From a virus (Duplodnaviria > Caudoviricetes), in IMG/VR virus record IMGVR_UViG_3300050162_000156, positions 1 through 54,274 of that record: a stretch of DNA of 54,274 nucleotides, one strand, 5' to 3'. Position numbers and translations under genes: made by a program. The notes beneath the pieces were generated by a model. That model was given only the letters and a program-made list of their open reading frames with translations. It was not told the origin of the DNA and made no database searches. This document shows positions 46,675 to 54,274 of the stretch, in pieces (position 1 is the first letter of the stretch; every line of letters starts with the position of its first letter).

Positions 46675-49600
46675 ATGGCAACTACATCGAATAACACGTC
46701 TCTGATGAACACGACACAGTTCGGAATACAGGACTGGACCGCGACATATCAACAAGTACCACAAAATCCTTTATTGAGTTCATACGATTTCGAGACATTG
46801 AGAAAATCAATGTTGCTCTATCTCCAACTCAATAATCCCGAGTCCTATAACGACTATATCAATTCCAGTGAGTACATCGCACTGGTTGACTTGATTGCGT
46901 TCATGGGCCAGAGTTTGTCGTATCGTATTGATATGAACGCCAGAGAATCGTTTCTTTCAACTGCCACAACAAGAAACGCAATCGTGTCACTTGCCAATCT
47001 GGTTAGCTATCATCCATCGAGAAATCTCGCAGCAAATGGCTATCTCAAAATCACAAGTATCTCTGTGAATGATGACGTGTATGATAGTCTGGGAAACAAT
47101 CTCAATGGGTTGAGTATTGTCTGGAATGATAAGACCAATCGTAACTGGTTAGATCAGTGGAATGCTGTTATGAATGCAATCCTGATCAATTCACAAACGG
47201 TTGGAACTCCAGCCAACACCCAAACATTAGATGGAATTTCTGTTTCGGAATACAATGTCAATGTTGTATCAACCAGTAATCGCCCTTATTCATTTAGCTC
47301 GACAATCGATGGTACTTCGACTGCATTTGAAATAGTGAACCCAAGCACGGTTGGACAAACTTCTATTTATGAGGTTGGCCCACTCGACTCTTCATACTTC
47401 AATTTTCTATACGAAAATGACGGAACAGGCTATGCCAGCCAGAACACGGGATTTTTTGCATATTTCAAGCAAGGTACGCGATCTTCGGAGACATTCACTG
47501 TAAGCAATGCGCTGCCTAACTACTCGTACACATTGAACGCTACTGGAGTCAATGATACAGACGTTTGGGTATATCAACAAAATTCAGATGGATCATATAC
47601 CAAGTGGACAGAAGTTGATTCAATCTATGCGGATTCTGCTGCAACCGGAACCATTTATTCAATCACCAACACAGTGAATGACGGAATCACTCTGGTGTTT
47701 GGTGATGGCGTATTCGGTGATATTCCCTCCGGTACGTTCATTGTGTACACCAGAACCAGTAACGGCCAAACATACCGAATCAATCCCTCGGAAATGACCA
47801 ACATTGCCGCCAAGCTGTCTTATACGTCAAAGACTGGACGTACACAGACTGTAACATTCAAGGCCAGCTTGCAATACACTGTCGGCAATAGTGCGCCAAC
47901 CGAAAGCCTAGCAAACATTAAACTGAAGGCTCCCCAGCATTTCTACAGTCAAAATCGAATGGTGAATGGACAAGATTACAATTCATTGCCTTACACCAAA
48001 TTCAGCAACATACTAAAAGTCAAAGCAGTTAATCGCACCAGTTCAGGAGTGTCACGATATCTTGATGTGAATGATCCAACCGGAAAATATTCCAGCACCA
48101 ATATTTTCTGTGATGATGGTTTTATGTACTTGGACGATTCCATCGACACAAATACAATTACCTATTCTACGAATTCGGACTTGGCATCATCTGTGCAGAG
48201 TCTTGTCAACGATGCAATCGCCTCTAGCGGTACAATGGCGTTCGTACTGAACAATTACACAAAATATGATTTTTCATCCAATGCAGTTATCTGGAATTTA
48301 GTGCTCAACAATACTAGCTCAAGTAGCGGATACCTAGCCATTTCAGAGGCAGGAACCGTAGTTCCAACGTCATCATCTATATTCTCCGAGGGCTACGGAT
48401 CGATTCTCGTAGAGGGCGCACTTATTAAGTTTGTTCCGCCAAGTGGATACATGTTTGACAGTAACAATTTGCTGGTAGTGAATACCACTGGCATACCCGC
48501 GCTCAATCAAAAGGATGCTATTTATGCGGCCATTTCCGCTTCCGCGACAAATGAAGGATACGGTGATGCAATTGATATGGATGGAGTGAACATTGACGGA
48601 ACTGGTGCGATTACACTCAATCAAATAGTTCCTACCAATGCAATTCTGTCGGAAATTTATCCGTACTATTCCTCAACTATTCCAAGTTCGGTAGTCACCA
48701 ACATCATTAAAAATGTGGTCAACGGGCTGTCGGTATCATTGCAATATTATCCAACCAAAGTTGGTCAAGGTACATCGGATAACTTGTGGGTAATTACTAC
48801 CAGTCCAACGTTTCCTTTGGGGTACTCACCCACAACGTATGGAACAACTTTCTATCAACCAACAGATAGCAGTGCCAATGCGTCAAATAGCTGGTTGATT
48901 TCTTTTGTTCCGGCTTCATCATCTACCGTGACGATGTATTGCCGAAATAATTCATATTATTTTGGAAGTGTCACCCAGACCTCATTTTACTATGATGGAA
49001 AAAACAAGGTCTACAATCCTGCTAACTCATCACTAGTGACAGATAGAATCACTATTCTAAAGTCAAATAGTGGGCCATCTACTTCGACAAATCTCGGATT
49101 GTCTCAGGACATTTCCGTGGATATTATGGCTCAAGTTTCAAAATCAAATGGTCTGACAGATACTTCGCGTATTCAGGTACAGTATGCCGACTTATACTCG
49201 ACTGGTACACCAAGCGATCCATCATTCTTCGATACGTTCGTGGCAACCACGGATTATGTATTTTTGAAAACGGATAATACCACTTTCGAAACCTCCGTTG
49301 TTTCCTCCGGTATTACTGTCTCCACACCATCGGTGATCAATGCCAACCTATATTCGTACACAAGCGGAACGATTGTTTATTGCAAGTCAAATCAGACATT
49401 TTATGAAATTACTCGCACCGGGACAACAGTGACTAAAACGGCCCTGAACGCAAGCGGCGACACGTTGACCTATTCAGTTTATCGTGGCCGTAAGGGAGTC
49501 AACTTTAAGTACATTCATAATGCTGCCAATAACAGACGCATTGATCCAAGTCCCGCGAACATCATCGATTTGTATATCTTGGAAAACAGTTATGCGACTG

Positions 49601-50112
49601 CTTATCAGCAATGGGTAACAGATACCACTGGTTCGGTATCGGAACCCACTGCGCCAACTACCGCAACGTTATCAAGTGATTTCTCTTCATTGAATAATTA
49701 CAAAATGATTTCAGATGAATTGATTTTTAACAGTGCAAAATTCGTGCCTCTGTTTGGAAGCAAGGCAGACACAAAACTACAGGCAACGTTTGTAGCAGTG
49801 TCCAACCCAAACTATCCGGTTAGTAGCGGAGAGATTGCTTCACGAATCATTACACTGGTCAATGAATATTTCGAAATTGGTAATTTTTCGTTCGGTCAAA
49901 CATTTTACTGGAGTCCTTTATCGAATTATATTATGACCAATATTGGAAATATTATTAACTCGATTCATTTGGTCCCAACCTCCAGCGAATTGTCATATGG
50001 AAACCTTGAAGAGATAACCTGTGATCCATATGAAATCTTCATTTCGTGTGCGACCATAGCCGATGTTACAGTGGTTTCCAATTTGACTTCAATCAACTTG
50101 AAAATAAGTTAA
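46675..50112 (+). CDS. Baseplate wedge protein (T4 gp6-like)
   Basis: SYDFETLR, SSEYIALVDLIAF, NARESFL.TA..R, FGDGVFGDIP, IKLKAP..YSQNRMVNGQDY. Confidence 0.88.
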   Translation: MATTSNNTSLMNTTQFGIQDWTATYQQVPQNPLLSSYDFETLRKSMLLYLQLNNPESYNDYINSSEYIALVDLIAFMGQSLSYRIDMNARESFLSTATTRNAIVSLANLVSYHPSRNLAANGYLKITSISVNDDVYDSLGNNLNGLSIVWNDKTNRNWLDQWNAVMNAILINSQTVGTPANTQTLDGISVSEYNVNVVSTSNRPYSFSSTIDGTSTAFEIVNPSTVGQTSIYEVGPLDSSYFNFLYENDGTGYASQNTGFFAYFKQGTRSSETFTVSNALPNYSYTLNATGVNDTDVWVYQQNSDGSYTKWTEVDSIYADSAATGTIYSITNTVNDGITLVFGDGVFGDIPSGTFIVYTRTSNGQTYRINPSEMTNIAAKLSYTSKTGRTQTVTFKASLQYTVGNSAPTESLANIKLKAPQHFYSQNRMVNGQDYNSLPYTKFSNILKVKAVNRTSSGVSRYLDVNDPTGKYSSTNIFCDDGFMYLDDSIDTNTITYSTNSDLASSVQSLVNDAIASSGTMAFVLNNYTKYDFSSNAVIWNLVLNNTSSSSGYLAISEAGTVVPTSSSIFSEGYGSILVEGALIKFVPPSGYMFDSNNLLVVNTTGIPALNQKDAIYAAISASATNEGYGDAIDMDGVNIDGTGAITLNQIVPTNAILSEIYPYYSSTIPSSVVTNIIKNVVNGLSVSLQYYPTKVGQGTSDNLWVITTSPTFPLGYSPTTYGTTFYQPTDSSANASNSWLISFVPASSSTVTMYCRNNSYYFGSVTQTSFYYDGKNKVYNPANSSLVTDRITILKSNSGPSTSTNLGLSQDISVDIMAQVSKSNGLTDTSRIQVQYADLYSTGTPSDPSFFDTFVATTDYVFLKTDNTTFETSVVSSGITVSTPSVINANLYSYTSGTIVYCKSNQTFYEITRTGTTVTKTALNASGDTLTYSVYRGRKGVNFKYIHNAANNRRIDPSPANIIDLYILENSYATAYQQWVTDTTGSVSEPTAPTTATLSSDFSSLNNYKMISDELIFNSAKFVPLFGSKADTKLQATFVAVSNPNYPVSSGEIASRIITLVNEYFEIGNFSFGQTFYWSPLSNYIMTNIGNIINSIHLVPTSSELSYGNLEEITCDPYEIFISCATIADVTVVSNLTSINLKIS

Positions 50113-50130
50113 AATATTTTTCAAAAATGC

Positions 50131-50159
50131 TTGACAAGTTATTCAAAGTGTAGTAATAT
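50131..50159 (+). promoter_or_regulatory. Sigma70-type promoter
   Basis: TTGACA-N17-TAATAT with upstream A/T tracts. Confidence 0.75.
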
Positions 50160-50250
50160 AGTTATATTGAATGTGAAGTTGACACGACACATGAAATAAA
50201 CGTAAATCAGTTGATTCATCGATAATCAACTATATTTGGGAGATATATAA

Positions 50251-50556
50251 ATGAAGAATATTCTTGCAGTAATGTTGCTTGCTATCGCCAGTTTTACCGT
50301 GGTGAATGTTAATGCACAGGAACCAACCAAGGCTCCTGTAGACCCCAAGACTCAGCTTACTGAAGTCGAAGCATTGAAGGTGCAAAACCTTTCTCTGGTC
50401 GTAGACAATCTCACTCAGTCTTATCGAGTGAAGGAATTTCAGGATAAGATGGCGCAGGTCAACGATCAGGTAAAGCAGCTGGTGGAAGCAATTGAAAAGA
50501 ACCATCCCGGCTACACCTTTGATCTAAAGACTGGAACTCTGGTCAAGAAGAGCTAA
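50251..50556 (+). CDS. Small exported coiled-coil protein
   Basis: Sec signal MKNILAVMLLAIASFTVVNVNA/QE; GGGAG RBS. Confidence 0.8.
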   Translation: MKNILAVMLLAIASFTVVNVNAQEPTKAPVDPKTQLTEVEALKVQNLSLVVDNLTQSYRVKEFQDKMAQVNDQVKQLVEAIEKNHPGYTFDLKTGTLVKKS

Positions 50557-50687
50557 CTCTTGACGAGTGAGGTTGAACCACTCCGATAATGATACGTTTC
50601 ATAATCGAAAATGTTCAGCAGTGCTGACAGTGCGCTACTCCGCTGTTGACTATGGACTAGTCAATTTTCCTTTCTTGTTTAATTACT

Positions 50688-50728
50688 CCCAAAAGGTTCA
50701 TCTTAATTGATGGGCCTTTTGGGTTTTT
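50688..50728 (+). terminator. Intrinsic terminator
   Basis: CCCAAAAGGTTCATC...GATGGGCCTTTTGGG followed by TTTTT. Confidence 0.75.
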
Positions 50729-50758
50729 GGCGATAAATACTGGTGGGAGCACACAATA

Positions 50759-51925
50759 ATGCCAAGAATATCAATGTGGAAAGATGGTGTCTATGGAGTT
50801 GAAGCCAAGTACATCGACAACTTAGTGTACGAACAATTTGTGGTGGGCGGAACAGACATTTATGTTCACAAATACATTGGTTCAGAAAATCCAAACATCA
50901 CCAACGATGCTACACAGCCCGTGTACTCCAATCTATCCGAACAGAATATTCAGGATTTATTGTTCCTAGAAAATCGAGACAGAAAATACGAACAAGACGT
51001 TATAAAGATGCGCTGCCACTTCAGCATTCAAGATTTGGACTTAGACCTATCTCAGTTTGGTCTTATGCTTGGAACATCTGGTATGCTATCAATCACGGTT
51101 CATCTAAAAAATTGTGTTGATCTATTGGGCAGAAAACTTATGTCGGGTGATGTGCTTGAAATTCCCTGCCTGAAGGATTTTTACGCACTGGATGAAACTA
51201 TTCCGGTTGCGCTCAAACGATATTATGTTGTTCAATCTGCTTCTCATCCTGCTGCCGGAGTTTCGCCGACTTGGTGGAATCACCTTTGGAAAATGAAATG
51301 CACTCCGATGGTCAACAGCCAAGAATACAGTGATATTTTGAATAAACCAGTTACAAACGCATGGGGTGATACTGTGACTAATTCAAGCGGTAATGCTGTG
51401 ACATACGCGAATGTTTTTACTTCGGGCGATTTATTCAATTCCATCAATGACGCAGTGATAACACAGGCAGAAAACAATACACCATTAAGCGGATACGATA
51501 CCAATCCAATCTGGGAACCATTGTTTGTAATCGATAGCTCAACCGACAAGAAGACTGCGCTTGCTCCGGGTTCTTCACCGCAGCAAAAATTCTCCGGTTA
51601 CAATGTAGGTAATGGACAACCGGAAGATGGTTACGCCGTCACAAGTGCAACCGAGTTTCCTAGCAGTCCCACGGTTGGTCAATATGTCCAACGCACTGAT
51701 TATTTTCCTCCTCGTCTTTATAGATGGTCTGGAATTAAATGGCAATTTGTAAACGCGAATATGAGAACTCCGCTGACAAATGGTTTGGGTCATACTCAGC
51801 GCGATGCGTTCATTAATAATGCGAACACATTTGTTAATTCAAACGGAAATACCGAACCAGTTTTACAAAATCTTTCAACCTTGTTTCGACCAGACAGAAC
51901 CGGAAATAGCACCATAAATACCTAA
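50759..51925 (+). CDS. Neck/head-completion-like protein (T4 gp14-like)
   Basis: MPRISMW, VGGTDIYVHKYIG, IQDLLFLENRDRKY, DLSQFGL, LGRKLMSGDVLE, PTWWNHLW. Confidence 0.7.
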   Translation: MPRISMWKDGVYGVEAKYIDNLVYEQFVVGGTDIYVHKYIGSENPNITNDATQPVYSNLSEQNIQDLLFLENRDRKYEQDVIKMRCHFSIQDLDLDLSQFGLMLGTSGMLSITVHLKNCVDLLGRKLMSGDVLEIPCLKDFYALDETIPVALKRYYVVQSASHPAAGVSPTWWNHLWKMKCTPMVNSQEYSDILNKPVTNAWGDTVTNSSGNAVTYANVFTSGDLFNSINDAVITQAENNTPLSGYDTNPIWEPLFVIDSSTDKKTALAPGSSPQQKFSGYNVGNGQPEDGYAVTSATEFPSSPTVGQYVQRTDYFPPRLYRWSGIKWQFVNANMRTPLTNGLGHTQRDAFINNANTFVNSNGNTEPVLQNLSTLFRPDRTGNSTINT

Positions 51926-51935
51926 GAGGTTATCC

Positions 51936-54274
51936 ATGAAATTAGTTTCCAAACTATTCTTTATTGCTGTAACTGCGCTGATGGCATCAGTTACACTAAA
52001 CGCTCAGACAACAAAGATTGATCCAAATACACAGGTTGGCCCACTCACTAGCTCGTCCAATGCGATGTTGCCCGGAATCAAAATTGACGGAAGCAATGGA
52101 TTGACTATTTCGGGTGTAGTGACTGCTAACGGGTTTAAAGCAGCGGCTACACAGATTACTGTCACCTACTATTTGGATGGTAGTAGAACCGATACATATA
52201 CTCCCGATGGTTCGCAGCAATGGCCGTATACAACCTTGGATGGGCTGTTCAATGCGATCAACACCTATTCAACTAGTTATCCATCGGCCAACTTTGCAAT
52301 TATTAGTGCGCCCGGAACATACACCACTTCTACTACACTGGCTACTCCAGCAGCAGGATTGATCATTTATGGTAACAACAGTAAGTGGTATATGAATGGA
52401 GGTTTTACTTCCAATTCCATACCACTCGAAACATATGACTTGAATCTATATGGAAGCATGAGCTACGCGATTTGTTCAGCCTCGGGTGCAGGTTCAAAAC
52501 ATGGTGGTTCATATAACAATGGAACCATCACCTTTGCGGCTGGTTGCGCAGTGAACATGTATGGTGTTGCATTGAGTTCCGCAACCATCACTAACGGCGG
52601 CACAATCTATGCCGATACGCTGACCGGAAGCGGAAAGCTAATCAATAGTTCGTCAACCTCTAGTTTCATTTTAAACAGATTGATGCTCAGTACCGCATCT
52701 GGTTACAACGTCGATAATACTGGCGGTGGACTTGTTGTATTGTTAAATTCATCATTATCTGCTAGCGCAAGCACGGCCAACGTATACGATCCTACCGCAA
52801 ATAGTTCATCGCTTCCCAACGTATACATGAATGATCAATTCAAAACAGGTTTAGGTGTTGTCTGCGTCTCTGGAACCACCACCTATATCAGCTATGCAAA
52901 TCTATCATTACCGCCAACTAGCTGCACAATCAATCAGACTTATGTACAAGGTAATGATGCAACCCATCCTATTTCTGCATGGTGGACAAATAGTTTAACT
53001 GACACCGGACTAACTACCGCAGGTATTGTCACAAATACATCGGCTGGATTGATGGGAACAACCACCACTGTTCCAATTGCTAACGGTGGCACGGGGGCTG
53101 CAACCTCTTCTGCATATACTGCATTTGGAAACTTCACGGGTTCGACAGCTGCCCCCTCATTCACTAGCTTTAATTCGAATGTCGTGAGTGCTCCTGTAAC
53201 GGGAACCGATACGGGAACTGCTACCGCATTTGTGGTTACATTGACCCCTACTATGTCTTCATTAACTAAAGGAACCTACCCATGCCAACACAGGTACTAC
53301 ACCTACCTTGGCAGTATCGGGACTAACTGCGACCACTATAACTAAATGCGGAGCATCAGCATTAGTTGTGGGCGATCTTACAACAACAGTATTGGCAGAA
53401 GTGGTCTATAACGGAACTACGTGGCAATTGATGAATCCACAAGTAGCACCCTGTGGTTTGGGTTCTCTGAGCACCGATGGAACGTTCGCAACGCAGCTTG
53501 ATACATTGATTCCATCACAAAAAGCTATCTACACCTACGTTAACTCAAAGGCTGGAATCTTCTATCGTCCACAAGCACAATTATTGGATTCGGTTGATAC
53601 TACGTTGCCAACGGATACCTCGGTACTAATTGACGGAATCACTGTTTTATCTGGATATAGAGTATTGGCTACTGCGCTATCCACGGGAAATAATGAGGTC
53701 TATAGTGCATCGGTATCGGGTACAACTATTACATGGACTCTTGCAACAGACGGTCAGGCCGGAACAGGTTTGCCATCGAATAACGATGCAATCTATATTC
53801 AGTATGGTACAACGTATAGTGGATATACATATGAATATCAGACCGCTTCAACATCATGGGTTTCAATCTCAAGTGTGTCTTCAAACGTACTGCTCAAGAT
53901 CAACAATTTGAGCGATGTTTCGAGTGCATCTTCAGCAAGAACAAATTTGAGCGCAGCAAAGTTAGGCGCGAATAGTGATATTACCAGTTTGGCCAACACA
54001 ACTTCGGTTACTGCCGGAACGGGAACCTCTAACTTGACTCTAGCTGCTTCAGGTGCGGGTTCAAACGTGGTAATCACTCCCGGCTCAGGTGGTTCGATTG
54101 TTGACAGCAACCTCACAACGGCAGGTATTGTCACCAACACGGCTTCCGGTACAATTGGCAGCACTCAGTATGTTCCGATTGCTAACGGCGGCACAGGCGC
54201 AGCTACAGCCGCAGCAGGAACCGTTTTTGGAAACAATAGCGGAACCACTGCCGCACCATCTTTCACCGCTGCCC
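51936..54274 (+). pseudogene. Tail-fibre-like protein with signal peptide, frameshifted at about 53274, runs off the window
   Basis: Frame 1 reads to ..SLTKG. The +1 frame from 53275 (PTHANTGTTPTLAVSG...) stays open to the window end and has fibre motifs NNLSDV..ARTNL, GANSDITSL, VPIANGGTGA. Confidence 0.8.

Noticed and set aside
50556-50620. Hammerhead ribozyme (TGACGAG...CGAAA)
   Set aside because: Core reads TTGACGA, not CTGANGA, and stems I-III cannot be formed convincingly
1-54274. Alternative genetic code, tRNA genes or a diversity-generating retroelement
   Set aside because: Long genes read intact in the standard code with all three stops used; no cloverleaf seen in the short intergenic gaps; no reverse transcriptase or adenine-specific TR/VR pair seen
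8938-54274. Host assignment (Acidobacteriota-like style of exported proteins)
   Set aside because: Impression only; the sequence supports at most a sigma70-using, probably diderm host that experiences anoxia

Overview
The window is a 54-kb piece of a large, lytic, T4-like/jumbo myophage genome. No rRNA, tRNA, CRISPR array, integrase or transposase could be supported. Left part (0-15 kb): early/accessory genes, an anaerobic ribonucleotide reductase (nrdD with a 154-aa mini-intein, plus nrdG), a GP88-like radical-SAM protein, a papain-like peptidase, an Sm-like protein, a PD-(D/E)XK exonuclease and probable head-core genes. Middle (15.6-21.5 kb): dUTPase, a non-catalytic DnaE fragment, GroES, a clamp loader, a JAB/JAMM metalloprotease and PhoH. 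Right part (21.5-54 kb): very large baseplate/tail genes, IF-1, a DEDD exonuclease, glycosyltransferase-like genes, a gp6-like wedge, a neck-like protein and a frameshifted, signal-peptide-bearing fibre gene. Three features stand out. (1) A composite non-coding element occurs twice, 27.7 kb apart: 76-bp inverted arms, each exactly 11 bp from a 39-bp hairpin-like box, with the boxes in direct orientation. (2) Leaderless transcripts appear to be used systematically: sigma70 -10 + 6 nt + ATG five times and late ATAAATA + 5 nt + ATG four times, next to a phage-encoded IF-1. (3) Several virion genes appear split or rearranged. Product calls come from motif recognition by eye; no searches were run.
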